From: an uncultured Eubacteriales bacterium
GTDB lineage: Bacteria; Bacillota; Clostridia; Oscillospirales; Oscillospiraceae
Reading direction: 5' to 3'
Assembly: GCA_900548795.1 (NCBI GenBank)
Contig: URLT01000001.1
Location: 1 to 62,146, forward strand
DNA: 62,146 nucleotides
In this document: in pieces, positions 1-11,300 of the stretch
How positions within the stretch are numbered: position 1 is the first letter of the stretch
How the letters are laid out: each line of letters starts with the position of its first letter
The notes under the pieces: generated by a model
Databases searched by the model: none
The model's input: the letters and a program-made list of their open reading frames with translations, nothing else
What the model was told of the DNA's origin: nothing
Made by a program: the position numbers and the translations under genes

Positions 1-531
1 ACGAAATATTATCCCAATGAAACCTTGGCAGCGGCGGATGCATGGTATCAAGTCCGGGTGTGTGATGGAGCGGTCTATTTACGGGACGTGTGCAGCGCGT
101 TTTCGCTGCGGGCGCAGTGCCATCGGAGCGTCTCGGACGGGGAAGAATATGTCCTGTTCTGTGGTTCGAGCTTTCGACTCTTTTTCTTCATGGATGGTAC
201 ACAAAAAATTACGGCGTCCCTGTTAATCCAGAGATTTTGGCCGATAAAGGAAATCAAAGCAAGCCAGAGATATTTGGAAAGTACGGGTGTGGACGTTTTG
301 ACCACATGGAGCAGTGAAGATTATCTGCCGGTTTCTGGTTCGACCCGCTATATGAAGTGTTATGAATTAATCCTTCGGGAAGGCGTGGTCGTGATTGAGG
401 CGCCTACGCCCCAAAGGGTCGCGGAGGGCGTTCGGCCGGTATTTCACTACTATACGGACGAAGAATGGAGCACGGCTTGCGCGGAATGGGATGGGTACAC
501 GATCTTGGAAATCGACCGGCAGTGGGGGTGA
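1..531 (+). CDS. Hypothetical protein, 5'-truncated by the window edge; paralogue of 61134..61817
   Basis: Frame is open from base 1 (TKYYPNETLAAADAW...) to TGA at 529-531. It aligns without gaps in its N-terminal part to the 61134..61817 product and shares the C-terminal YYTxEEW...ILxID..W pattern. Confidence 0.75.
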   Translation, partial: TKYYPNETLAAADAWYQVRVCDGAVYLRDVCSAFSLRAQCHRSVSDGEEYVLFCGSSFRLFFFMDGTQKITASLLIQRFWPIKEIKASQRYLESTGVDVLTTWSSEDYLPVSGSTRYMKCYELILREGVVVIEAPTPQRVAEGVRPVFHYYTDEEWSTACAEWDGYTILEIDRQWG

Positions 532-587
532 GCTTGGTTTTTAGACCGGGAAATCATGTTATGAAGCTGATATGATCGTTTTGCTAA

Positions 588-747
588 GGAACCTCTGAAT
601 CAATCGGCTGCGGCGCTCAGCGGGCCTTTTGCCCCAACTGATCGGTTTGAAAATCTTGAAATACGAAAAGGATTCCTGCAATTTCCAAACCTCAATTTGG
701 AGACAAAATCCCTCGCTGACCGCTCTTGCGATTGAATCAGAGCTTCC
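588..747. mobile_element. 160-bp MITE (type A) with IS5-like terminal inverted repeats
   Basis: Ends GGAACCTCTGAATCAATCG and CGATTGAATCAGAGCTTCC; flanks CTAA and CTAG; near-identical inverted copy at 61988..62146; ends match the IS at 42230..43018. Confidence 0.85.
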
Positions 748-755
748 CTAGTATA

Positions 756-796
756 AGCCGGGGGCTGCGGCAGTTTGCCTGCCGCAGCCCCCGGCT
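756..796. terminator. GC-rich hairpin, probable terminator for the minus-strand galE/SLH-remnant transcript
   Basis: AGCCGGGGGCTGCGGCAG-TTTGC-CTGCCGCAGCCCCCGGCT. Confidence 0.7.
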
Positions 797-799
797 GCT

Positions 800-919
800 T
801 TATTTTGCGATGTCTCGGTACAGGAAGGTCACGACCTGCGCGCGGGTGCAGGTGTCGTCGGGGCTGAAGGTCGTGTCGGACGTGCCGTTCGTGATGTCCG
901 TTTCGACCGCCCAGAGGGC
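800..919 (-). pseudogene. Orphan C-terminal SLH-domain remnant
   Basis: Minus strand reads ALWAVETDITNGTSDTTFSPDDTCTRAQVVTFLYRDIAK*, a typical SLH repeat. No start codon, and it is out of frame with galE. Confidence 0.8.
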
Positions 920-935
920 GGGGCTGCGGGGACGG

Positions 936-1940
936 TCAGCTTGCAGAGGTCTGCACGAAGTTCCAACTGTCGCGGCACATCTGCTCGAGCGTCTTTTCGG
1001 TTTTCCAGCCCAAAAGGCGCTCGGCCTTCGAGGCGTCCGCCCAGCAGCGCGCGAGATCCCCGGCGCGGCGCGCGCCGATCTGATAGGGGACGGGAACGCC
1101 GGTGGCCTGCTCGAAGGTGCCGATCAGCTCGAGCACGCTCGTGCCGTTTCCGGTGCCGAGGTTGATGGCCTCCGCGCCGGTGTGCTCCTGCGCATATTCG
1201 ATCGCGCAAAGATGCCCCTTGGCAAGGTCGACGACGTGCAGATAGTCGCGCAGGCAGGTGCCGTCGGGCGTGTCATAGTCGTCGCCGAACACCGTCAGCA
1301 TCCGAAGCTGGCCGGCCGCGACGCGGACAAGATACGGCATCAGGTTGTTCGGGATCCCGGATGGGTCGTCGCCCAGCAGACCGGACTCGTGCGCGCCGAT
1401 GGGGTTGAAATAACGCAGCAGCACGGCCGAAAAATCCGGCTTTGCGGCGGCATAGTCGCGGAGGATCTGCTCGCTCATGACCTTCGTCCAGCCATAGGGA
1501 TTGGTGCAAAGATGCGCAGGCATCGTCTCGACATAGGGAACCGGATTTTCAGGGCCGTAGACCGTTGCGGAGGACGAGAAGATCAGACGCTTGCAGCCGA
1601 ATTCCTCCATGACCTCCAGCAGCGTCAGCAGGGCGTCAAGGTTATTGCGATAATAGCGCAGCGGCTGGCTCACGCTCTCGCCGACGGCCTTCAGCCCGGC
1701 AAAATGGATCACGGCGCTGATCTCGTGCGCCTGAAACACGGCGCGCAGGGCGGCGCGGTCGCCGACGTCCTGCTCAAAAAAGGCCGGACGCACCCCGGTG
1801 ATATGCTCGATGCGGTCGAGCACCTCGGCGTTGGAATTGACCAGATTGTCCACGATCACGGGCTCATAGCCCGCTTGGATCAGCTCCACACAGGTGTGGC
1901 TTCCGATGAAGCCCATGCCTCCGGCAACAAGAATTTTCAT
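936..1940 (-). CDS. galE: UDP-glucose 4-epimerase
   Basis: GGMGFIGSH Rossmann motif, HFAGLKAVGES, FSSSATVYG, PYGWTK (YxxxK), LRYFNPIGAH. Confidence 0.96.
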   Translation of the reverse strand: MKILVAGGMGFIGSHTCVELIQAGYEPVIVDNLVNSNAEVLDRIEHITGVRPAFFEQDVGDRAALRAVFQAHEISAVIHFAGLKAVGESVSQPLRYYRNNLDALLTLLEVMEEFGCKRLIFSSSATVYGPENPVPYVETMPAHLCTNPYGWTKVMSEQILRDYAAAKPDFSAVLLRYFNPIGAHESGLLGDDPSGIPNNLMPYLVRVAAGQLRMLTVFGDDYDTPDGTCLRDYLHVVDLAKGHLCAIEYAQEHTGAEAINLGTGNGTSVLELIGTFEQATGVPVPYQIGARRAGDLARCWADASKAERLLGWKTEKTLEQMCRDSWNFVQTSAS

Positions 1941-2422
1941 AGTGGCATTCCTCCGTTTTCCTCAGCCCACCGGAGGATCAGGTCGCGGTGGGTGATGACT
2001 GTTTGAAGCGCCGAGAGCTCCTCCGGCGCAAAGAAACGTAATTGCAGGGACTCGGCGCTGGGCTTGAGCTCGGGCAGACGCTCGAGCCTTGCGCGAAACA
2101 GGACGATGACCATGCGCCAGACCGTGCCGTCGCGGTAAGCTGCGATGCGCTCGTCCTGCGTGGTCAGAACGTGGGTAAAGGCGGCCTCTGGAAGAAACAG
2201 CCCCGTCTCCTCGCGCAGCTCCCGCGCGATGCCCTGCGTCTCGCGCTCGCCGTGCCGCAGGCGGCCGCCGATCAGACCCCACCGGCCACAGTCCCACCGC
2301 TTTTCAAGCAGCAGGCGCCCCTCGGCCTCGAGCAGCACGTTTGTCCCGATGCGGGTCGGGCTGTTCGGCCGCGGCGCGGCCGGGTCGTTGCAGAAATAGC
2401 GCCCGATCTCCATACGGCTCAC
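1937..2422 (-). CDS. NUDIX hydrolase
   Basis: Nudix box GGRLRHGERETQGIARELREETGL; stop overlaps the galE start; exact start uncertain. Confidence 0.88.
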   Translation of the reverse strand: MSRMEIGRYFCNDPAAPRPNSPTRIGTNVLLEAEGRLLLEKRWDCGRWGLIGGRLRHGERETQGIARELREETGLFLPEAAFTHVLTTQDERIAAYRDGTVWRMVIVLFRARLERLPELKPSAESLQLRFFAPEELSALQTVITHRDLILRWAEENGGMPL

Positions 2423-2491
2423 CCTCGTCTCTCCCGAAGGGCGGCGAAGCGGCCGCAGCCTCCGAATTTTACAGCAATATTATAGCACCGA

Positions 2492-5028
2492 TCAGGATTT
2501 TTGCAACATCTGATTCATGCGCATCAGGAGCGCGGCGACCTGCGCACGCGTGGCGGAGTGCGACGGCTCCAGCCAGAGCGTCCCGTCGGATGCCTTGCTG
2601 CCGCGCAAAAGACCGGACTCGATCGCCCAGCCGACTCCCTCGCGGGCATAAGAGCTGACGCGGTCGGCGTCGGCAAAGCCGTCCGGGATGGGGGAGACGT
2701 CGACGGAGCGGTCGAGATAGCGCGCGTAGCGCAGCAAAATGACGGCGATCTGCTCGCGGGTGACGGGTGCATCCGGATCGAAGCGGTCGTTTCCGACGCC
2801 GTCGACGATGCCGCAAGCCCATGCCCAGCGAACTGCGGCGCTATAGTAGCTGCGCTCCGAGACGTCGATGAAGTGCAGTTGCTCCGGCATCTCCTTTCGG
2901 CCGTCTGCGCGCCAGAGCACGGTGACGAGCATAGCGCGGGTCATGGTGCTCTCCGGCTCAAAGCAGCCTTGGCCGCAGCCGTTGAAGAGCGAGCGGGAGA
3001 GCACGTAGTCGATCGACTCGTGATACCATGCGGAGCGGTCGACGTCGGTGAATTCCAGACAGGGGTCTGACGGCGCTGGAGGATCAACGGGCGCGGGAGG
3101 ATCGACCGGCGCGGGAGGATCAACAGGTGTGGGAGGGTCGACCGGGTCAGTGCCGCCTACCTTGGTGAAAACGGCGTGGACGGTGCAGTCGGCGTGTACA
3201 TTCGGGATCACGTAATACTCGGCGGGCTCAATGTCGTCCCCGTCGACCACCAGACGGGACAGCTCCCAGCCGTCGTCCGGTTGGATGGCAATGGCCACGC
3301 GCGAGCCCTTCTCCGCGCGACGCGTGGGCGTGATGTAGCCGCTGCCCTCGAAGCTGGTCGTGATGAGATAGGCCGGGGCACGGTAGCTGCCGTTGATATA
3401 GTGCGCGTTCGGGTCGACAAAGAGCAGACCGTCGTTTTCCTTGCCCTCCTGCTCGAGCACGCGCAGGAAGCTCTCGTTGTCGACCTGCGTGCTGTCCACA
3501 CATTTTTGGCTCCACGACGCAAACGGTGTGTTCGAGGCGGTGGCGATGTATTCGTTCACGGAGACGCGAAGGTGCTTGTCGGCATAGCCGGAGACGAATT
3601 TACCGTTTTGATAGATGCATACACCGTCCTCAACAAGTGCTGTGACGGTCGAGCCGGAATAATAGCAGTCGATGCCGCTCATGCGCAGACCGAGGCCTCG
3701 GCCGGAGCCGATGCCCCAGCTCAGAACGTTGAGCAGCTCGGAATAGGTCAGGTCATAGACAAAGAGCCGGTTGCAGAACGGCGCGATGGTATAGACGTCG
3801 CCCTTGGTGATGTAGCGGCGGCTGCCGTCAAGCAGAAGCTCCGTCCGGATGCCGCCCTTGTTGGTGAAGGAGACCTTCGAGCCGGTGGCGCGGTTGGCCA
3901 TGTCGGTCATCCAGTTGCCGCCCGTGCTGGAGAAGGGATTGTTGCCGATCTGAGCGGTGCTGATGCTGACGGTCACATAACCGAGACGCTTCGACAGCTC
4001 ATCTTGCACCTTTGACAGATAATACCGGCTCAGCTCGAGCACGGAGGGCGAAAGCTCCGCAGCATTGGCGGGCGTGTCGGTCATGCGGCTGTCGGCATCC
4101 TGAAGGCTTTTGATCTCAGAATTGCGCACCTCCACGCCGCTGCCGTCAAAGCACAGCTCGGCATAGGCATAGCCGGTCGCCTTCGCTGCCGACTGGATAT
4201 AGGAAACGCTGCCGTAGGAGCCGTCCTGACCGGTGTGGGAGTGGCCGCCGCAGACCAGATCGATCGACGAGCTGCCGGAGACCTGCGCGGCCAAGGACGA
4301 GGCGTCCATGTGCGCAAGCAGAATGACGGCGTCGGCCTGCTCGGTGGATTTGAGGCGCTTAGCGAGCGATTCCACGCGGTAGATGTCGGATTGAATGGTA
4401 TAGGGCGCGATTTGAGAGGCCATGATCGACGAGCTATAGGTGTCGGCGTAGCCGATCACCGCCACGCGCACGTCGCGGGTCTTCCCGGAGGGGGAGACGG
4501 CGGTCTTGTTCAAAATGACATAATCCTGCGTGAAATTTACGCGGTCGGACGTGCCGGCGTAGTAAATGTTGGAGGCGAGAACGGGAACCGTGCTGTCGTG
4601 CTCCACGCCGTCGAGGGTGTAGCGCGTCATGGTGCCGTCGGAGTCGGTCGTGGTCGTGATGCCCCAGTCGAATTCGTGGTTGCCGAGCGCCACGGCGTCG
4701 TAGCCCATCACGTCGTATGCTGCGACCAACGGCTCGCCGTTTTGCAGGTTGGAGATCGCGTTGCCCTGATAAATATCGCCGCCGTCGAGCAGCACCGTGC
4801 GGGTGCTGTCCCCGGTGCGGGCGTCGTCGACCTTGTCGGCGATATAGGCCATGCGGTACAGCGAGACCGGATCGCCGCCGGACGTGGTGGTCTCAACCAA
4901 AAAACCGTGGACGTCCGAGGTCTCGAAGACCGGGAGGGTGTAAAGCTCGGCGGCCTGCGCGCCCATCACGGGGAGCAGAGCCGTCAGCAGCGCGAGCACG
5001 CAGAGACGAGCCGCGTAGATCGTTTCAT
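2492..5028 (-). CDS. SLH-anchored metallophosphoesterase/5'-nucleotidase with an apparent 1-nt frameshift in the signal peptide (long ORF 2492..4999)
   Basis: SDVHG, GDIYQG, GNHEFD, GHSH metallophosphoesterase motifs; NKGGIR nucleotidase C-domain; PVDPP linker repeats; three SLH repeats. The SD-preceded ATG at 5028 is 29 nt from the in-frame GTG at 4999. Confidence 0.88.
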
Positions 5029-5118
5029 TGGGATCCGTCCTTTTATTTATTATATATAGTATCCTGCGCGAAGGCTCCGACGGGACGGCTCGATCCGACC
5101 GGGAGCCTTCGCAGCTTC

Positions 5119-5147
5119 ATTGTATCACAGAGCGGATAGCGCGTCAA
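5119..5147 (-). promoter_or_regulatory. SigA-type promoter for the minus-strand nucleotidase gene
   Basis: TTGACG-17 nt-TACAAT on the minus strand; leader hairpin GCGAAGGCTCC...GGAGCCTTCGC at about 5068-5112. Confidence 0.6.
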
Positions 5148-5261
5148 GTCGAACGGACGCGGAACCGGTCGAGAAAGGGGAGCGCAGGGAAGGCGGTCTT
5201 GGACAAATTGCCGAGAAACAGCGTGATATTTTGTTGATTAATACAATTTTAAGAAAGCTTC

Positions 5262-5290
5262 TGGACAAAGATTGTAAAAGATGCTATACT
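5262..5290 (+). promoter_or_regulatory. SigA-type promoter with extended -10
   Basis: TGGACA-17 nt-TATACT preceded by TGn; same hexamers as 11604..11632. Confidence 0.6.
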
Positions 5291-5380
5291 GACGCTGTGG
5301 ACGGCAGGAGACCGCCCATATCATGTTCGGGGAGACTGCGTCAGGCGGTCTTTCACTTTTCAGTAAAAGGAGAGTCGTTT

Positions 5381-8300
5381 ATGAAAAAGCTATCCCGCGT
5401 TCTTTCGGCACTGCTGGTGCTCTGCATGATCCTGTCGCTGCTTCCGACGGTCTTTGCAGAGGAGAACAAATCTGACTTTGCGTTCCTTGTGACGTCCGAT
5501 TTGCACGGCCAGATCTTTGCTACGGATTATACGGTCGACGCTTCACAGAGCGGAACCTATAAACGTGGCCTGACCCGCGTCGCTTCGTACATCAAGGAAA
5601 TGAAGCAGCAGTACGGCGACAATCTGTATGTTGCCGACATGGGCGACACGATCCAGGGCGCTCCGCTGACGTATTATTATGCGTTCAACAAGCCCGAGGC
5701 AGATCCTCCGGCCGTTAAGGCGTTCCGCACCATCGGTTACGATATGTGGGTCGTCGGCAACCACGAGTTCAACTACGGCCTGACCATTCTCAACCGTCAG
5801 CTCGACTATGCGACCTCTCCTGCCACCGAGACGGAAAAGCAGCTCAGCGTCTGCATGGCCAACTATCTCGACGCCGCCACCAACAGCGACGAGAGCAAGG
5901 ACTGGAAGACGTGGAAGAACTATGAGCCTTACGTCATCAAGGACTTCGACGGCGTGAAGGTTGCCGTCATCGGCTTCGGCAACCCCAACATTCCCACGTG
6001 GGACATTCCCGCGAACTGGGAGGGCATCTATTTTGCCAACATCATCGACACCTATAAGCACTATGAGCCGGAAATGAAGGAAAAGGCCGACATGATCGTC
6101 GTTGTTGCCCACAGCGGCGTGAATTCCGATGAGAAGTCCGACTTCATCGAGCAGCTCGTTCAGGAGACGGACTCCATCGCCTTCGCATTCTCCGGCCATG
6201 AGCATAACAACAAGGATTGGACGATCAAAAACGCCAAGGGCGAGGACGTCCATGTGCTCCAGCCCTTCACCAAGGCGCGCGCCATCGCGCAGGTGAAGGT
6301 CTCCTACGACAAGACCACCGGCAAGGCCGACATTGACACCTCGTTGGTGGATATGGAGAACTACAAGCTCGACGAAGACCTCGTCAAGGTTCTCCAGCCC
6401 TATGAGGACGCGACATGGAAGGAGTACATGCTCGAGAAGATCGGCACGGCAAGCGAGGCCTTCTCCGCCGCCGACCTCGGCACGAAGCCGTCTGCGTTCA
6501 TGGATCTGGTCAACACCGTCCAGCTCTGGGGCGCCTACGACAACACCGGCGAGAACACGCCCGACAATCCGAAGGACGACACGCCGGCACAGCTCTCCAT
6601 CTCCGCGCCGCTGACCTCCGGCGACAACCCGAACATCATCGACAAGGGTGATATTTACCTCGGCGATATGTTCAAGCTCTATCGCTTTGAAAACTGGTTC
6701 TATCAGATCACCATGAAGGGCGAGGAGATCCATCAGTGGCTCGAGTTTGCCGCGACGAAGATCAAGACGGACGCCACCGGCAAGCCCTATGTCAGCTCCG
6801 GCGATCTGACCTATTATGACGTCATTTACGGCGACGGCTTCTCCTATGTGATCGACTACACGAAGCCTGCGGGCAGCCGCATCGTCTCCATGACCTACGA
6901 GGGCAAGCCCATCGCAGCCAACCGGACCTTCACCGTGGTCGTGAACAACTATCGCTATAACGGCGGCGGCAAATATGTCGACTGGCTCAATTCCCACGGC
7001 TGCAATTTTGTTGCAAACGATCCCGCACGCGTGATCTACTCGACGCAGTTCGACATGATCCAGGGCGAGGACAAGGGTCAGGCCAGAAACCTTCTGACCG
7101 ACTACATCCGCAAAGAGGGCACCATCACCCCGACCGTCACCTCCACGTGGTCGCTCGCCACGGGCTACAAGACCTTCGAGATCTTTGAGACCACGGACGT
7201 GCACGGCTATCTGACGGACACCTCCAGCGGCAAACCGGAGACGTTCCAGTATCGCCTTGCGCGCATCGCGAAGATCGTCAAGGACGCCAGAGCCAATGCC
7301 GCGAACAACGGCGTGCTGCTCTTTGACGGCGGCGATATTTATCAGGGCACGCCCGTTTCCAACCTGATCTACGGCAACGCTCTGCGCGCGGCCTATGACA
7401 ACATGGGCTATGACGCCGTCGCGCTCGGCAACCACGAGTTCGACTGGGACGTCACCAAGTACGCCACGGACGCCGAGGGCACCATGCCCGCCTATGAGGT
7501 CGGCAGCTTCACCGGCGACAGCAGCATTCCCGTTCTGGCCTATAACCTCTTTGACGCCGGAACGACGACGCACGCCTCCATCGTGAAGGATTATGTGATC
7601 CTCGATAAGGACGGCGTGTCCATCGCGGTGATCGGCTACATCCCCGACTATTCCATGGACATCATGGCCGCGAAGATCGCCCCGTATGACATCGATCCCG
7701 ACCTCGATAAGCTCAACGCGAAGATCGACAGCGTGATCGCCGCGGAGAAGCCCGACGTCGTGATGGTGCTTGCGCACGATAGCCCGGCGCATCTTGCCAG
7801 AGCGCTTGACCCCGACAAGGTCGATCTCGTTTTGGGCGGCCACTCTCACACCGCGAGCTTTGGCGTCGCCGATAACGGCATCGCCTACATCCAGGGCAAC
7901 TGCCAGGCCAAGGGCTATGCCAACGCCAAGCTCCAGTACAACACCGTCACCGGCGAGGCCGAGGTGCTGGCTCCCAGCTATATCTCCATCACCGACAAGA
8001 AGGATGCCCTTTACGACAACGACGAAAACAAGGCCAACCTCGATCCGGACGTGCTTGCCATCAGCCATGCGGCATGGGACACCGTCAAGGATCAGATGGA
8101 AGAGGTGCTCGGCACGGTCGACCGCAGCATCACGCGCCGCGCAAAGATCGGCAAGAGCACGAACACCATCGCGGGCAACTGGCTTACGGGCCTGATGCTC
8201 GAGGCCACGAAGGACATGAACACCGTCGTCGCCTTCGCGAACAGCGGCGGCATCCGCTGCGACCTGATGATGGAGGAGGGCGCGACCACCCGCAACATCA

Positions 8301-11300
8301 CCGTCGGCGACATTTACACCATCTCGCCGTTCGGCAACCGCCTGCTGACCTTCGACGCAACCGGCGCAGAGCTTGCCAAAACGGTTGAAAATGCATTCAA
8401 GAACCCCAACTACGGCGACCAGTTCTCCGGCATGTTTGTCAAGTATAAGACCGCCCCGGGCGCGGACGGCCGTCCGGTGAGAACCGTCACCTCCATTGTA
8501 CTTGACGACGGCACCGTTGTGGACATCCACGACAACACCAAGACCTATCGCATCGTGATCAACGAATACTGCGCAACGCTGCCCGGCTCCGCCTTTGAGA
8601 AGAAGACGCCCGTGCAGGACGTCAACGAGGCGCCGATCGACAATCTCAGCGCGATCGAGGCGCTGCGCCGGATCGGCAAGGAGAACGGCGGCGTGCTGCC
8701 GCTCGACCTGAACGAGCGCTGCGTCAAGGAAGAGGACGCCATTACCTATGAGCTGGTTCCGGACAGCGGGAACATGTTCAAGTACGGCCACCTTGACCTG
8801 AACGTCTCCACCGAGGAATTCCTGAAGCTCTTTAACTACGGCGACATCGTCACCGTCTCCTTCAACGGAAAGAGCTACGATTTCCCGGTCTGCTCGAACT
8901 ATGACGACGTTGACACGCATCAGCTCCTCATTCGCGCCGCAACGGGCAAGAAGGTTGTGACCATGGCCATCAACTACGGCCAGCTCGGCGTTGAGGCGGG
9001 CATCATCGAGCCGAACCCCGATGCAGGCACCGTTGAGGGCGCCCCGAAGTACCGCGTCAAGGACGGCGTGACCTTCCCGATCGTCGCCACCGTGACGATG
9101 AAGGAAGCCGGCGGCTATGCCGACGAGCTTTCCGTCCGCCAGCTCAACCGCACGAACAACCGCGAGGATTACCCCGAGCTGACTGACGAGCAGTTCGCAA
9201 ACTTCCGCAACATCGCTACCACCGGCATGGGCGCGGGCATCCTCTACCGCTCCTCCAGCCCGATCAACCCCGAGCTGGGCAGAAACACCTACGCCGACAA
9301 GGCTGCCTCGGCAGCGGGCATCAAGACCTTCATCAACCTCGCCGATTCCGTGACGGAGGCCAAGGGCTACGCAGGCTATGACGACAGCTACTATGCCAAG
9401 CAGAATGTTGTCTTCCTGAACCTGCCGGTCGCCTTCACGACTGATGAGTTCAAGAACGGTCTGGCCGAGGGCTTCCGCTACATGACCACGAAGGAAGGCC
9501 CGTACCTTGTCCACTGCACCGAGGGCAAGGATCGCGCCGGCCTGACCGCGGCCATTCTGGAATGCCTGATGGGCGCCTCTGCTGACGAGGTCGCAAACGA
9601 CTACCTCACCACGTTCCGCAACTATTATAATGTGGTCGATGGCAAGCAGGTCGCGCTGACCGAGGCGCAGGAGGCCTATCTGCGCAACGCGATCCTGAAG
9701 AACCTCTGCCTGATCTTCGACATGGCCGATGCCGCAAAGGCCGACCTTGCCAAGGAGGCCGAGGCCTACATGAAGGAGATCGGCCTGACCGACGAGGAGG
9801 TCGCCAAGCTCCGCGAGAACCTGAGCAAGAGCGCAGCGCTCCGGATCAAGACCGTCGCTCCGTCGACGACCGAGATCGACAAGTACGGCGACGTTCGCCT
9901 GAGCATCACCTCCGGCGAGCTGCTCGCAGCGGGCTTCGAATATGCCGACTATGTGACTGTTGAATTCCTCGACCAGAAGCTGACCCTGCCCGTCATTCCG
10001 GAATACCGTTATGTCGGCGCAAGAGAAGCCGGTCTCGTCGCGTGGAAGGATGCCTCCAAGCCCGTCGAGCTGGAGATCTTCAACGGAAGCTTCGCCGCAA
10101 GCTACGGCCTTGCGACCAAGACGACCAACCCCGACAAGTCCTATGTCTGGAACGCAAACGAGGGCGTGACCTTCCCGGTGGAGATCACCATCACGCTGGC
10201 GCAGAAGGGCGGCTATAAGGATCAGTACGAGGTCTATGACCTTGTCCGCACGAACAACCGCGAGGACTACAAGGATCTGACCGACGAGCAGTTTGCAAAC
10301 TTCCGCATGGTCGGCACGACCGGCATGGGCTACGGTGTGCTCTATCGCTCCTCCAGCCCGATCAACCCCGACATCGGCAGAAACACCTATGCCGACGCTG
10401 CGGCAAAGGCGCACGGCGTGAAGACCATCATGAACCTGGCGGATAATCAGGCTAAGGCGGAGGCCTATGCGGGCTACGCCGACACCTACTACTCCAAGCA
10501 GAACGTGGCCTTCCTCGGCATCGGCGTCGACTTCCTGAGCGAGACGAACCGCACCGGTCTGGCAGAGGGTCTGCGCTACTTCGCAACGCACGACGGCCCG
10601 TACCTCGTGCACTGCAACGAGGGTCAGGATCGCGCGGGCTTCACCTCCGCGCTGCTCGAGTGCCTGATGGGTGCGTCGCTCGACGAGGTCAAGACGGATT
10701 ACGCCGTGACCTACATGAACTACTACGGTGTCAAGGTCGGCACGACCCAGTACGCGACCATTTCCAACAACATCGTCAAGAATCTCAAGACGATCTTCGG
10801 CGTCGAGACGCTCGAGGGCGCGGATCTTGCGAAGCTCGCGGAAACCTATATCAAGGGTCTCGGCCTGACCGACGAGGAGATCGCAAAGCTCCGCACGAAT
10901 CTGGCAGGCAAGAGCCAGTTCCATGACGTCACGGAGAAGGATTGGTTCTACGATTATGTCGTGGAGCTGACTGCTCGCGGCGTGGTCAACGGCGTCAGCC
11001 CGACCGAATTCGAGCCGAACGAGAATCTGACCCGTGCGCACCTGGTCACGATGGTCTACCGTCTGGCCGGTGAGCCGACCGTCGAGGCGACCACCTCCAA
11101 GTTCACCGACGTCAAGGAGAACAGCTACTACTTCAAGGCGGCTGTCTGGGCAGAGCAGAACGGCATCATCAACGGCACGACCGAGACGACCTTTGAGCCG
11201 GATGCGTTCGTGACGCGCGAGCAGATGGTCACCATCCTCTATCGCTTCTCCGGCGATAAGGGCAGCTACGAGGATAAGCTTGAGGGCTACAAGGACGCCG

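Noticed and set aside
800..938. Stop-codon readthrough fusing GalE to the SLH repeat
   Set aside because: The SLH frame is offset by one base from galE, and GalE has no export signal
3070..3150. Short tandem repeats in the minus-strand nucleotidase gene
   Set aside because: They encode an ordinary PVDPP(T/A) linker before the SLH domains
5307..5351. CAGGCGGTCT shared between this leader and the NCS2 permease leader as a common purine-related element
   Set aside because: Only about 10 nt in GC-rich DNA, in different structural contexts
5120..5380. Upstream start extensions in the ORF track (also 11637, 15671, 19505, 30242, 44129, 60869, 61943)
   Set aside because: Downstream ATGs have family-typical N-termini and, except for msmX, well-spaced SD sequences; several extensions overlap promoters or neighbouring genes
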